A DNA stretch of 64,000 bases from Spirochaetia bacterium (GTDB taxonomy: Bacteria > Spirochaetota > Spirochaetia > UBA9216): NCBI GenBank assembly GCA_963677925.2, contig CAXXYH010000004.1, positions 2,080,001-2,144,000 of the forward strand, in the 5' to 3' direction. Under the pieces are notes generated by a model. It was not told the DNA's origin, ran no database searches, and saw only the letters and a program-made list of their open reading frames with translations. The position numbers were made by a program, and so were the translations under genes. Shown here one piece after another: positions 8,259 through 18,567 of this stretch. The stretch's first letter is position 1. Every line of letters begins with the position of its first letter.

Positions 8259-9335
8259 ATGATGGAAAAAATACTGATGAAAGGAAACGAGGCTGTAGGC
8301 GCTGCTGCAATTCAGGCCGGCTGCAGATTTTTCTTCGGTTATCCTATTACTCCCCAGAACGAAGTTCCGGAATACATGTCCAGAGAACTGCCCAAGGTAG
8401 GCGGCACTTTTGTACAGGCAGAGAGTGAGGTTGCTGCAATCAATATGGTATTTGGAGCTGCAGGAGCGGGTGCGCGGGTTATGACATCATCGTCAAGTCC
8501 CGGAATATCGCTGAAGCAGGAGGGCATTTCATACATTGCCGCAGCTGAGCTTCCCTGTGTGATTGTAAATATGATGAGAGCCAGCCCCGGACTAGGTGGA
8601 ATTCAGCCTGCACAGGCCGACTACTTTCAGGCAACAAGGGGCGGAGGAAACGGTGACTATTACACCCCTGTCTTTGCGCCGGCGAGCATTCAGGAACTTG
8701 TTGAGCATGTAATGATTGCCTTCGACGTTGCTGATATTTACCGGACTCCCGTTATGGTTCTTGGAGACGGAATGCTTGGACAGATGATGGAATCGGTAAC
8801 CCTAGGCGATCATAAACCGCGGCCGCTTCCTGAAAAAGACTGGGCTGTAGGTGCGAAGCGTCGGGATACAGGTGATCAGAGTACAAAGAATGTAATAAAA
8901 TCTCTGTATATCAATCCCGAAATCCTGGAGGCTCATGTAACAAAGCTTTTTGAGAAATACGATCTGATTAAACAGAACGAAGTCAGATATGAAAAGATAA
9001 ACTGCGAGGACGCCGATGTGGTCGCTGTTGCCTACGGTTCAGTTTCAAGAATTGTCCGCAATGCAATGAAAAAATGCGAGGAAGAGGGAATAAAACTCGG
9101 GCTTATAAGACCGATAACCCTGTGGCCCTTTCCATTTGAGGCTTTTGATGAAATAAGCCCGAATACAAAGGCTTTCCTGAGTGTTGAGATGAGCATGGGG
9201 CAGATGATAGACGATGTGAAAATTGCATCAAACGGAAGACTCCCGGTTGAGTTCACCGGACGGCACGGAGGAATGATTCCGAAGCCCGAACAGATAGTTG
9301 ATAAGGTAAAAGCAATTCTTGGAGGTGCAGCATGA
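8259..9335 (+). CDS. vorB: 2-oxoacid:ferredoxin oxidoreductase alpha-type subunit (VorB family)
   Basis: GNEA, GYPITPQ, QAESE, TSSSSPGISLKQE. Confidence 0.85.
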   Translation: MMEKILMKGNEAVGAAAIQAGCRFFFGYPITPQNEVPEYMSRELPKVGGTFVQAESEVAAINMVFGAAGAGARVMTSSSSPGISLKQEGISYIAAAELPCVIVNMMRASPGLGGIQPAQADYFQATRGGGNGDYYTPVFAPASIQELVEHVMIAFDVADIYRTPVMVLGDGMLGQMMESVTLGDHKPRPLPEKDWAVGAKRRDTGDQSTKNVIKSLYINPEILEAHVTKLFEKYDLIKQNEVRYEKINCEDADVVAVAYGSVSRIVRNAMKKCEEEGIKLGLIRPITLWPFPFEAFDEISPNTKAFLSVEMSMGQMIDDVKIASNGRLPVEFTGRHGGMIPKPEQIVDKVKAILGGAA

Positions 9336-10075
9336 GTATAGTTTTTGAAAAAACAAAGGGGCTCACCGATACCCCTATGCATTACTGCCCGGGCTGCACA
9401 CACGGGATTGTTCATCGTCTTGTTGCTGAAACACTGGTCGAGCTTGATGTGCTGGATCATTCAGTCGGCGTTGCTCCTGTTGGCTGCTCCGTCTTCCTTC
9501 ACAATTACATGAACTGCGATATGTATGAGGCTGCCCACGGAAGGGCTCCTGCTGTCGCAACGGGAGCTAAACGCGTACATCCGGACAATGTCGTATTCAC
9601 CTACCAGGGCGATGGAGACCTTGCATCAATAGGAACCGCTGAAACTATCCATGCGGCAGTCCGAAGTGAAAATATCACAATAATTTACGTTAATAACGTT
9701 ATCTATGGAATGACCGGCGGACAGATGGCGCCGACAACCCTGGTCGGACAGAAATCAACAACATCTCCCTACGGCAGGCAGATGGATAGCCAGGGCTATC
9801 CGATCAGGATTTCTGAAATGCTTGCAACCCTTGAAGGCGCCAGCTTCGTTGAGCGTGTTGCAGTCAACAGTCCCGGAAATGTAAGAAAGGCAAAGAAGGC
9901 AATTAAAAAGGCATTTGAAACACAGATTCAAAAGAAGGGCTTCAGTATCGTTGAGGTTCTTTCAACATGTCCCACAAACTGGGGCATGACGCCTGTTCAG
10001 GCTTTAAGATGGCTTGAAGATAATATGATTCCCTACTATCCGTTGGGAAATTTCAGAACACCCGAGGAGGTTTAA
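9332..10075 (+). CDS. 2-oxoacid:ferredoxin oxidoreductase TPP-binding beta subunit
   Basis: YCPGC, HGRAPA, GDGD..NN TPP motif, YGMTGGQ, CPT; ATGA overlap with the upstream gene. Confidence 0.92.
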   Translation: MSIVFEKTKGLTDTPMHYCPGCTHGIVHRLVAETLVELDVLDHSVGVAPVGCSVFLHNYMNCDMYEAAHGRAPAVATGAKRVHPDNVVFTYQGDGDLASIGTAETIHAAVRSENITIIYVNNVIYGMTGGQMAPTTLVGQKSTTSPYGRQMDSQGYPIRISEMLATLEGASFVERVAVNSPGNVRKAKKAIKKAFETQIQKKGFSIVEVLSTCPTNWGMTPVQALRWLEDNMIPYYPLGNFRTPEEV

Positions 10076-10076
10076 G

Positions 10077-10625
10077 ATGGCTTTTACAGAAGAGGTAATT
10101 CTTGCAGGATTCGGAGGACAGGGTGTACTGTCCATGGGTAAACTGCTTTCATATGCCGGACTGATGGAAGGCAAGAACGTGTCATGGTTTCCGTCATACG
10201 GTCCCGAGATGCGCGGAGGAACTGCAAACTGCAATGTGATCATTTCTGATGAGCTGGTAGGCAGTCCGGTTGTAACGGATGCTGATACGCTTATTGTTAT
10301 GAATCAGCCTTCACTCGAGAAATTTGAATCGCATGTTAAACCCGGCGGAATGATACTGGTGAACTCTTCGCTTATTGAAAAGAAGGTTACCCGTACCGAT
10401 GTAAAGGCCTACTATTTTCCGGTGAACGAGATCGCCGCTGAATGCGGAAGCCTGAAGGCTGCAAACATGGTGATGTTAGGTGCATACATGTGGCTTCGCG
10501 GATTCCCCACAGAAGAGGAACTGCTGGCTGCATTTCTGAAGGTTTTCGGTGAAAAGAAGAAGGACCTTCTGCCGCTTGATAAGCGTGCAATCGAAGAGGG
10601 CATGCATCTGGCACAGACTGCCTGA
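10077..10625 (+). CDS. 2-oxoacid:ferredoxin oxidoreductase gamma subunit
   Basis: AGFGGQG, SYGPEMRGG, NMVMLGA. Confidence 0.92.
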   Translation: MAFTEEVILAGFGGQGVLSMGKLLSYAGLMEGKNVSWFPSYGPEMRGGTANCNVIISDELVGSPVVTDADTLIVMNQPSLEKFESHVKPGGMILVNSSLIEKKVTRTDVKAYYFPVNEIAAECGSLKAANMVMLGAYMWLRGFPTEEELLAAFLKVFGEKKKDLLPLDKRAIEEGMHLAQTA

Positions 10626-10637
10626 TTTTAATAAATG

Positions 10638-10687
10638 AAAACAAGAAGCGGCTGTTTTCCTTCCCCCGGAAACAGCCGCTTTGTTTT
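10638..10687. terminator. Bidirectional terminator between convergent genes
   Basis: AAAACAA-gAAGCGGCTGTTT..AAACAGCCGCTTTGTTTT inverted repeat. Confidence 0.75.
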
Positions 10688-10690
10688 ACA

Positions 10691-11542
10691 TTAAAATCTT
10701 TCTTTTATAATCGTGTAATTATATATTTTCTCCTGGTAGGAATCTTCAATCTGCAGCTGAAGTTCTCCTTCCCAGTCAGAGTCAATGTCGTAGCTTAGAT
10801 CGTTCCACCAGAGCTTATCATTTCCATATACATATGGAATATCTTCAATTCCGCGTTTGCGCAGAACCGTTATACCGTTATGCTTGACGGTGAAGGTGAA
10901 CCATCTTGAAATAGCGTTTGAAAGCTCTATCCTTCCCAGGGTAACTGAAAGTCTTCCGACATCCGGGAGTTTTGCCTGTTTCTTCTGGTAGTCTGATGCT
11001 GAGATTTTTCCTGCGGCCAGTTCCTCGGTCAATCCGTTCTGCAGCTGCTCGGTATCCCGGTAGTCGATGATGAAAAACTCTGTATCAGAATTGTATTCAC
11101 GTTCAGGGATAATGCGGTAGCGGATTCTGAGCGGTTCAACAACTACCGGCTCCGGAGGCGGAGGTACTGGAAGCCAGACTGAAGCGGTAAGGGCCGCATC
11201 TTCAACATATCCAAGAGAACCCAGAAGCATTACAAGAGAAAAGGGGCTCCATCGCCCGGTAACTGTTTCAGTTTTAATTTTCGCATCATCACCGTATTTA
11301 TCTGCAGCAAGTTCCGCCGCCTGTCTTTCAAGTTCAGATCTGCGTTCCTCCGATGATTTCAGAAATAACCAGTTCCACGAGCGCAGCCCTGCATCAATAT
11401 TGCCCGCATACTCATAATCATCCGATACCGGTCCGGCTGGAAGAGAGTAGGAAGAGGGCTTCTCGCCTGTGATAAAACTGGTACATGATGCGGTAATTAA
11501 AATCAGTATTGGTATCAAGATTAAAGCTGTCTGTTTCTTCAT
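10691..11542 (-). CDS. Hypothetical lipoprotein
   Basis: MKKQ..ITAS-C lipobox; PVPPPPEP linker between two domains. Confidence 0.7.
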   Translation of the reverse strand: MKKQTALILIPILILITASCTSFITGEKPSSYSLPAGPVSDDYEYAGNIDAGLRSWNWLFLKSSEERRSELERQAAELAADKYGDDAKIKTETVTGRWSPFSLVMLLGSLGYVEDAALTASVWLPVPPPPEPVVVEPLRIRYRIIPEREYNSDTEFFIIDYRDTEQLQNGLTEELAAGKISASDYQKKQAKLPDVGRLSVTLGRIELSNAISRWFTFTVKHNGITVLRKRGIEDIPYVYGNDKLWWNDLSYDIDSDWEGELQLQIEDSYQEKIYNYTIIKERF

Positions 11543-11557
11543 AAGGAATCCTCTGTT

Positions 11558-12364
11558 TTATTCTGTTCGGTTCCTCATGTGATTTGCTTGAGCCTTATTG
11601 TTTAGGGAAACGATTTCTGCTGTAACCGATACGGCAATTTCTGCAGCTGTATCTCCGCCTATTTTAAGCCCAACCGGTGCGTAGAGGCTCTCAGGAATGC
11701 TTATTCCCTCATCTGCCAGCCGGTCAAGAATCATCTTGACCTTCATTTTTGAGCCGATCATCCCGATGTATTTCATTTCAATACCTGACTGCAGTACCTG
11801 CCTCAGAACACTGAGATCGTGCTCGTGGCCGTGTGTGGCTATAAAACAGCATCTGCCGTTTTTCAGTATCGGGATAGCTTTAGATATATCCCCGTACCCC
11901 GCGGTGATTATTCTGCGCGAATCAGAAGATGTATGTGAAATAATTTCCTGGCGGTTGTCAAATACAGTTATCCTGTATCCTATAAGCTCAAGCATCGGGG
12001 CAAGGGCGGAACCTACATGTCCGCCTCCGAAGAGCACAAAGTCAGGATTGCTGTTAAAATGTTCAATGAATATCATGACTGTTCCGCCACAGGACATTCC
12101 GGTTTTCTCAAGTTCAACGGTTCTAAGTTCGGGGCCGTTCAGTTCCCTCTTATGCTGAAGTATTTCCACCGCTTCTTCGGACAGCATTTTTTCAACAGCC
12201 CCCCCGCCGATTGTTCCGTAACATTCATCCTCCGTTACAAGCATTCTGAATCCTGCACGGCACGGGGAACTTCCTTCAACTGATACGACTGTGAGCAGTA
12301 TGCAGGCTGTACCTGTGGTGGCAAATTCGGCGCATTTTTGAATTATATCCATGTCTGTAATCAT
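11558..12364 (-). CDS. XdhC/CoxI-family molybdoenzyme maturation factor
   Basis: GSSP, GTIGGG, MSCGG, FGGGHVG, THGHEHD, YIGMIGS, PVGLKIGG.TAAEIAVS. Confidence 0.92.
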   Translation of the reverse strand: MITDMDIIQKCAEFATTGTACILLTVVSVEGSSPCRAGFRMLVTEDECYGTIGGGAVEKMLSEEAVEILQHKRELNGPELRTVELEKTGMSCGGTVMIFIEHFNSNPDFVLFGGGHVGSALAPMLELIGYRITVFDNRQEIISHTSSDSRRIITAGYGDISKAIPILKNGRCCFIATHGHEHDLSVLRQVLQSGIEMKYIGMIGSKMKVKMILDRLADEGISIPESLYAPVGLKIGGDTAAEIAVSVTAEIVSLNNKAQANHMRNRTE

Positions 12365-12373
12365 ATTCCTGTT

Positions 12374-13198
12374 TCATCCCTGTCTGTATGAACTGGGCGA
12401 CACTCCTTTTATCTGTTTGAACTGTCTTGAGAAATAATTACTGTCCTCGTAATGGACCATTGCTGAAATATTGCTTATGCTTTTATCAGTATACTTCAAA
12501 AGTTCGCAGGCTTTATTTATCCTGATTGTGTGAATGTAATCTTTCACTGAAGAGCCGGTAAGGTTTCTGAATATCCGGTGAAAATTCCTAACCGATGTAC
12601 CAGCCTCTTCAGCCATGCGGGCGGCGCTTAAGGACGGTCCGTTCTCGGTTTTCAGATACTCAATAATATAATTTACCCTTGATTTTACTGAAGTATTTAT
12701 TTTGACATTATCCTCAGTATAAAGCCTGAGCAGCAGGCAGCACAGCTGACTGAGGAAGGCCTCCGCCATTTTATCATTCATAAATCTACCGCTGTATATT
12801 TCCTGATCAATTCTGTTGATTAAAGAAACTGCTTTGGATTCACTTAGCACAGACAGTTTTAATCCTGAATCGGGCAGTTGGGCAATCATTTCTGAAATAT
12901 ATTCAGGAATATCAGAATTTAGAAGAATATTTATATAATCAAGGCTCTCTGTTTTGAGATACTGATGGTGAATACCCTTTCTCACAATAAAAAAATCACC
13001 TCTGGAAAGTTTGTATTCTTTATTATTCAGCAGCTGTATCCCGTTGCCGCTTCTGATAAAAATCATCTCAATAAAATCGTGATGATGATCGGGAAAGCTT
13101 CTGCTGTTTTCAACATGGATAACACGTATGGGGAGTTTAAAGTCATTAAAAAACTGACTGCCGGGATAATACGGCGCAGAGGGCACATCCAGTTTCAT
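12374..13198 (-). CDS. AraC-family regulator (cupin domain plus double HTH)
   Basis: HHHDFIE cupin; C-terminal YFSRQFKQIKGVSPSSYR. Confidence 0.92.
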   Translation of the reverse strand: MKLDVPSAPYYPGSQFFNDFKLPIRVIHVENSRSFPDHHHDFIEMIFIRSGNGIQLLNNKEYKLSRGDFFIVRKGIHHQYLKTESLDYINILLNSDIPEYISEMIAQLPDSGLKLSVLSESKAVSLINRIDQEIYSGRFMNDKMAEAFLSQLCCLLLRLYTEDNVKINTSVKSRVNYIIEYLKTENGPSLSAARMAEEAGTSVRNFHRIFRNLTGSSVKDYIHTIRINKACELLKYTDKSISNISAMVHYEDSNYFSRQFKQIKGVSPSSYRQG

Positions 13199-13240
13199 GT
13201 CTCAATTATCCTAAGAATGGTCTCAATCGTCAAGGAATGT
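13199..13240. promoter_or_regulatory. Putative AraC tandem half-sites over back-to-back promoters
   Basis: GTCTCAAT at 13199-13206 and 13220-13227 (21-bp period); minus-strand TTGACG-17-GATAAT promoter for araC. Confidence 0.45.
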
Positions 13241-13267
13241 TTATTCAGATCATTATATGCTTGAACT

Positions 13268-13672
13268 ATGAATAGAGTTCCAGATTTTGCTGTTGAGAAT
13301 GAATTTACAAATAATATCCTGACTGTAATGCGCGCTCTGAACAGCCGGGGAGAGCGAAAGCTGCTGGAAGCAGTAATATCAGATTACAGTGCACTTCTTC
13401 ATTATCTGCAGAGGGCCCCGGATGAACTCATCAGTTCAGCCTTAGAATTTGAAGCCTGCGAATGTTTTCTCAGGCTTCAGCATATCAGGTACGGAAAACG
13501 GCTGTGTTACAGTCTGTCTAAATCTGAACAGCCCAGTGTACTTTCAGTAAAGAAATTTTCAGTGTTATCTGCAGTAGCAGATGCTGTTGACTATATTGCT
13601 GAGCACCCGATAGAAGGCGGATTCATAAGAGTAGATTTTTCTGATGTTATCAAGGTATTACTTCAAAACTGA
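13268..13672 (+). CDS. Degenerate LytS/YesM-type His_kinase domain protein lacking the phospho-His
   Basis: ENEFTNNIL..YSALLHYL..EFEACECFLRLQHIRYGKRL follows the NPHFLFNTL..LS.LLRY..E..YL.IQ.IRFGDRL pattern; 134 aa. Confidence 0.6.
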   Translation: MNRVPDFAVENEFTNNILTVMRALNSRGERKLLEAVISDYSALLHYLQRAPDELISSALEFEACECFLRLQHIRYGKRLCYSLSKSEQPSVLSVKKFSVLSAVADAVDYIAEHPIEGGFIRVDFSDVIKVLLQN

Positions 13673-13719
13673 TACGGATGAAGCTGTATATATTGTTGAG
13701 GATGAATCAGGTGATACAG

Positions 13720-14214
13720 CTATTTCGGCCAGTTAAAATCTCTGAGATTTCCTTCAGTCTCAAGCTCTCCGAAATCCTGCTGACGAAGAGCCTCATAAAC
13801 TGCGATAGCAGCGGAGTTTGAAAGGTTAAGCGAGCGTGATTCTCCAATCATCGGGATACGAACGCTTTCATCAGGATGCTTCACCAGCAGATCTTCGGGC
13901 AGGCCTGCGGTTTCACTTCCGAAAATGAGAAAGCAGTCTTTTGAATAACTTATATCCGAATAGCGGTTTCGTGCCTTGGTTGTAAAGAATACAAGCTGAC
14001 TTCCCTGTGAAAATTCCATAAAACTGTCTATTGTTTCATGATAATGCACATCAAGCAGGTGCCAGTAATCCAGCCCGGCCCGTTTAAGGCTTTTGTCATC
14101 GGTAGAAAAGCCCAGTGGGCGAACCAGATGCAGCGAAGCTCCTGTTGCAGCGCAGGTTCGGGCGATGTTTCCGGTATTCTGTGGAATCTGCGGATTTACC
14201 AGGACTATATTCAT
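13720..14214 (-). CDS. trmL: tRNA (cytidine/uridine-34 2'-O)-methyltransferase TrmL
   Basis: PQIPQNTGNIARTC, RAGLDYW, FGSETAGLP, RSLNLSN. Confidence 0.95.
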   Translation of the reverse strand: MNIVLVNPQIPQNTGNIARTCAATGASLHLVRPLGFSTDDKSLKRAGLDYWHLLDVHYHETIDSFMEFSQGSQLVFFTTKARNRYSDISYSKDCFLIFGSETAGLPEDLLVKHPDESVRIPMIGESRSLNLSNSAAIAVYEALRQQDFGELETEGNLRDFNWPK

Positions 14215-14219
14215 GTGAT

Positions 14220-14702
14220 CTATACCCGCAGGCTGTTTGAGCTTTTTGCGCTCAGTGTTCCTATCTTCACGCGGAACACAGTAACACTGTCGGCGGCTTC
14301 GGCAGGGAAGGGGAAGTCGCCGGGAGCGGCAAACTTGGCGATCACATGTTTGAGCGCATTCAGTTTCTCAGACCCCTCTGTTATAAATTCAGCTTTACCA
14401 GTGGCGATGACGGAACGGTAATTCATACCCCAGCTGCAGGGATTTGAGTTATCTTCTTTTCCGGCAAGCCCCATATTTTCATCAATTTCGATACAGACTG
14501 CCGAATTATTTTTCAGTAATTCAAGTTTGTATCCTTCACCTGCGCAGTGAAAATAAAACACATCATCACTGTATCCGAAGTTCATCGGCACAACGTAGGG
14601 TGCACCATCCGGAGTATTAATTCCCAGTCTGGCGACCTCGGCCCTGTTTATAATATCATCAATTTCTTTTTTATCGATTATTTCCTGTCTGCTTCTTCTC
14701 AT
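14220..14702 (-). CDS. Pyridoxamine 5'-phosphate oxidase-like (NimA-type) flavin-binding protein
   Basis: MRR.RQEI, PYVVPMNFG, YFHCA.EG.K, YRSVIATG. Confidence 0.9.
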   Translation of the reverse strand: MRRSRQEIIDKKEIDDIINRAEVARLGINTPDGAPYVVPMNFGYSDDVFYFHCAGEGYKLELLKNNSAVCIEIDENMGLAGKEDNSNPCSWGMNYRSVIATGKAEFITEGSEKLNALKHVIAKFAAPGDFPFPAEAADSVTVFRVKIGTLSAKSSNSLRV

Positions 14703-14742
14703 GCTGAGGATATTACCACAGATTTATAGAATATATCCAGAA

Positions 14743-15720
14743 TTAGAGCTGTTTTTCCCTTTTTAGCAGGTACTTAAGAATCAGCTCTTCAATAGTTTTT
14801 GTGGGGCCGGGCACCCTGGCACGTTCCCGGTATTCGGCATTCTTTTTTCGCTGTTTGAAGAATCTGAGCATCTCTCTTGGATCGGCGGTTTCGAAAGTAG
14901 AATAGAAATTATCAAGATGAAGGATGGACTGAATTTTGGATTTGCTGATTGAGGAAATGTCATTCCGCTGCATCTCTTCTCTTATCTTTGTGAGCTCTTC
15001 GAAAGTAAGGTTGAACAGAAATTCCTCAAGCGCCTGGAATACCGTAGGATCGTTTTCCGAGCTGCTTAAAAAATCAAACCAGACCGGGTCGATATTCTGT
15101 GCAATCTGAAGCATCTCGCTCATGCCCATCAATGTTCCGTATATCGGGGTAAGATGCTTTCTCGATTTCCAGAGAGAGCTCAGCATGGGGGCGTAGTCCT
15201 CAGCGGACTGGGTCAGCCTGTACTCCCAGATATTCATCAGTCTCGTAGCCGCGGTAATCTTCAGGTTTTCATCAAGGTCCTTATCCTGAATAAGCGAAAG
15301 GTAGACCTCCTCGCTCATCAGTGCAAAAATATTCAGTGTAACCAGATCTGCAATATCCTCAACTTTTCCCTTGAGTTTAAGGATTGAGTCAGTCTCATAT
15401 TTCAGCATAAGAATAAAGTTGATTTTAGCTATGACATAGCTCCGGCCGAGTATAACCTTTGTAGGAACGTACATTACCTGATCGGCGAAATCCATCTCAC
15501 AGATCATTTTAATAAGGGAATCCATTGTAAACGTTGAATTCCCGATTTTTCTTGTATTGTAAAAAGAAGGGTAGGATGATATTGCCGAGGCCAGATCGTA
15601 GAGTGATCTGAACCTCGTATCGATATAGTCTGCTTCATCTCTGCGTTTCTTTCTGATTACCTCAAGGGTTGAGTTAATCAGCTCGAGTTCGCTTTCTGAA
15701 AAAACAACTATATCAGCCAT
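14743..15720 (-). CDS. Hypothetical protein
   Basis: 325-aa ORF starting 1 nt after the upstream stop; no motif recognised. Confidence 0.75.
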   Translation of the reverse strand: MADIVVFSESELELINSTLEVIRKKRRDEADYIDTRFRSLYDLASAISSYPSFYNTRKIGNSTFTMDSLIKMICEMDFADQVMYVPTKVILGRSYVIAKINFILMLKYETDSILKLKGKVEDIADLVTLNIFALMSEEVYLSLIQDKDLDENLKITAATRLMNIWEYRLTQSAEDYAPMLSSLWKSRKHLTPIYGTLMGMSEMLQIAQNIDPVWFDFLSSSENDPTVFQALEEFLFNLTFEELTKIREEMQRNDISSISKSKIQSILHLDNFYSTFETADPREMLRFFKQRKKNAEYRERARVPGPTKTIEELILKYLLKREKQL

Positions 15721-15721
15721 G

Positions 15722-17086
15722 TCAGTTCCTCATACTGTTTATCGGCGCGGGTATGCGTCCGCCTCTATCAATAAATTTCTTTGAGCTGAAATTATTCACA
15801 GCCATTATCGGGCCGCTTCCAAGCAGGCCGCCGAACTCAACGGTGTCCCCGACCTTCATTCCCGGAGCAGGAATTATTCTGACAGCAGTGGTTTTGTTGT
15901 TTACAACTCCGATTGCAGCTTCGTCCGCAATGATTCCGGAAATAGTCTCAGCGCTTGTTTCTCCGGGCACTGAAATCATATCAAGCCCGACCGAACACAC
16001 GCATGTCATTGCTTCAAGTTTTTCAATGGAAAGACTTCCGCAGCGTACCGCATCTATCATTCCTGCATCCTCGCTGACCGGGATGAAGGAACCGCTTAAT
16101 CCGCCGACATATGATGAAGCCATTGCACCGCCCTTTTTTACAGCATCATTAAGGAGGGCAAGGGCCGCTGTGGTGCCGGGAGCACCGCACTTTTCTAGGC
16201 CCATTTCCTCAAGGATATGCGCAACGCTGTCGCCCATTGCCGGTGTCGGTGCAAGTGAAAGATCGACAATTCCGAATCCGACCCCGAGGCGTTTTGATGC
16301 TTCGCGTGCAACAAGCTCTCCCATACGGGTAATTTTAAAGGCTGATTTCTTGATAGTCTCGGCGACAAGACCGAATCTTGCACCTGGAATCTTTTTAATC
16401 GCACTCTGGACAACACCGGGGCCGCTGATACCTACATTGATCACTGTTTCGGGTTCACCTATTCCGTGAAAGGCTCCGGCCATGAACGGGTTATCTTCGG
16501 GAACATTCGCAAATACGACAAGCTTGGCACAGCCAAGTCCGCCGGAAGCTGCGGTAAGCTGTGCAGTCTGCTTGATTACTCTTCCCATAAGGGCAACGGC
16601 ATCCATGTTTATTCCGGCACGTGTAGACGCAATATTTACTGATGAACAGACGCGGACAGTTGATGACAGCGCTTCCGGAATCGATTCGATAAGTATCCGG
16701 TCTCCCTTAGTGAAGCCCTTGTGTACAAGGGCGGAGTAGCCGCCGATAAAATCAACGCCTGTCTCGCTTGCTGCCCGGTCAAGGGTTTTGGCAAACTCTA
16801 CATAATCGGTGTCGGTGGAAGATTCTGCAACCATAGCCATCGGAGTAACCGAGATCCTTTTATTAATAATCGGTATGCCGAATTCGGTTTCTATATCCTG
16901 TGCTGTCTTTACCAGATTGCCTGCAGCCTTTGTTATCTTGTCGTAAATCTTTGTACGTGATTTTTCGCCTGATTCACAGCCGCAGTCCCGCAGTGATATA
17001 CCCATTGTAATGGTACGTATATCGAGGTTCTCACGGTCGATCATCTCTATTGTTTCAAGTATTTCTGAAGGTTTAATCATGCTCAT
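15722..17086 (-). CDS. UPF0210/DUF711 (PFL-like) protein
   Basis: [47 protein letters not shown]. Confidence 0.93.
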   Translation of the reverse strand: MSMIKPSEILETIEMIDRENLDIRTITMGISLRDCGCESGEKSRTKIYDKITKAAGNLVKTAQDIETEFGIPIINKRISVTPMAMVAESSTDTDYVEFAKTLDRAASETGVDFIGGYSALVHKGFTKGDRILIESIPEALSSTVRVCSSVNIASTRAGINMDAVALMGRVIKQTAQLTAASGGLGCAKLVVFANVPEDNPFMAGAFHGIGEPETVINVGISGPGVVQSAIKKIPGARFGLVAETIKKSAFKITRMGELVAREASKRLGVGFGIVDLSLAPTPAMGDSVAHILEEMGLEKCGAPGTTAALALLNDAVKKGGAMASSYVGGLSGSFIPVSEDAGMIDAVRCGSLSIEKLEAMTCVCSVGLDMISVPGETSAETISGIIADEAAIGVVNNKTTAVRIIPAPGMKVGDTVEFGGLLGSGPIMAVNNFSSKKFIDRGGRIPAPINSMRN

Positions 17087-17095
17087 ACTGTGAAC

Positions 17096-17365
17096 CTATA
17101 TCCTGTGCATTGAGTTGAATATTTCTTCGCGCTGTATGCGGACCGACAGATTTTTATCTTTTCCGTAATTGTTCAGTACTGAAACAAGTTCTGAAAAATC
17201 GCAGGAAAGGTTTGCGGTATCCACCATCATGATCATGGTGAACATTCCGTTCATTACCGTCTGATTGATGTCCAGTATGTTAACATTCCGGTCCGCAAGG
17301 ATATTTGCTATCGAAGCAATGATACCAACGGTATCCTTTCCTATTACTGTGATAAACGAATTCAT
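17096..17365 (-). CDS. ACT-domain protein (UPF0237)
   Basis: ITVIGKDTVGIIA..NILDINQT..IFNSMHRI; usual partner of DUF711. Confidence 0.92.
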   Translation of the reverse strand: MNSFITVIGKDTVGIIASIANILADRNVNILDINQTVMNGMFTMIMMVDTANLSCDFSELVSVLNNYGKDKNLSVRIQREEIFNSMHRI

Positions 17366-18537
17366 TATAAAGCTCCATCTAAGTATAATTTTTCTGTATT
17401 TGCTATTGCTTTTTCAAGTCTTTCATCCAAATCAAGTTCTTTGTATTCCTCAATCATACGGTGAAAATCCGGATGGGTTATCGGATGTTCAGGTGCAAAA
17501 AGAGTACAGCAGTCTTCAAATGGCAGTATTGATGTTTTAAAAGTATCTATCCTCTCGGCAATTCTTATTATTTCTTCCTTGTCCATTCCGATAAGCGGAC
17601 GGAAAATTGGAAGATCGGTAGCACTTCCTGTAAAGCGGATGCTTTCGGGGGTCTGGCTTGCAACCTGTGAAAGAGCCTCGCCGGTTATCAGGGCCAGCTG
17701 AGTGTTCTTCTTGGCAATCCGGTCGGCAATCTGTACCATGGCGTGCCGCATTAAAAGGGTAGTGGCCTTGTCAAAACCCTTATCTTTTATATGAAGCTGC
17801 ACCTCTGTGAAAGGGACTATATAAAGATTAATTCCGCAGGTCCATGAGGACAGTATCTGTGCAAGATCTATAACTTTCTGTTTTGCCTCATCAGAGGTGT
17901 AGGGATAGGTATGAAAGTAGATAGCATCGATTTTCATTCCGCGTTTGGCCATGAGGTAGCCTGCTACAGGAGAGTCGATACCGCCGGAAAGCATCAGCAT
18001 TCCGCCGCCTGCAATTCCGACAGGAAGACCGCCGGGGCCCTTTTTTACCCTGCTGTAGATGTAAGCCATTTCACGAAGTTCCACGTTGATGCTCCAGTCA
18101 GGATTTTTAACATCAACATGAAGTTCCGGATGGGCCTCAAGTACCGCAGCGCCGAGCTCGCAGACTATATCGTAGGAACTCATGTGAAAGCTCTTGTCGG
18201 CACGTCTTGAATTGATTTTGAAGCTTGTGCCCGGAAGTGCTTCGGTATTGGCTTTCGCAATCTTAAGCGCTTCCTGCCTTATCAGCTCGAAATCCTTTTC
18301 AACCCTTATAACCTCGCTGTATCCGGTTACTCCGAAGGTCTTGGAAAGAACTTCTTCGATTGCTTTTGAATTTGACTCGTCCGATTCAATAAAGAACCGT
18401 CCCCTTGTACCTGTTACCCTGCAGCTGATGCTGCGGAGATTGGATTTAATATTTTTTTTAAGCCGCTTTTCAAAAAAAGACCGGTTGCCGCCTTTGAGGG
18501 CTATCTCTCCGATCTTGATCAGATAAAGTTTGTCCAC
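17365..18537 (-). CDS. thiI: tRNA 4-thiouridine synthase ThiI (no rhodanese domain)
   Basis: GEIALKG.NR, THUMP domain, SGGIDS PP-loop, QVASQT, EDCC. Confidence 0.95.
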   Translation of the reverse strand: MDKLYLIKIGEIALKGGNRSFFEKRLKKNIKSNLRSISCRVTGTRGRFFIESDESNSKAIEEVLSKTFGVTGYSEVIRVEKDFELIRQEALKIAKANTEALPGTSFKINSRRADKSFHMSSYDIVCELGAAVLEAHPELHVDVKNPDWSINVELREMAYIYSRVKKGPGGLPVGIAGGGMLMLSGGIDSPVAGYLMAKRGMKIDAIYFHTYPYTSDEAKQKVIDLAQILSSWTCGINLYIVPFTEVQLHIKDKGFDKATTLLMRHAMVQIADRIAKKNTQLALITGEALSQVASQTPESIRFTGSATDLPIFRPLIGMDKEEIIRIAERIDTFKTSILPFEDCCTLFAPEHPITHPDFHRMIEEYKELDLDERLEKAIANTEKLYLDGAL

Positions 18538-18567
18538 ACAAAATCTCCTGAAATTGTTAACTGCAAG

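Noticed and set aside
15753-16469. 238-aa plus-strand ORF
   Set aside because: Antisense shadow of the well-conserved DUF711 gene; no motifs.
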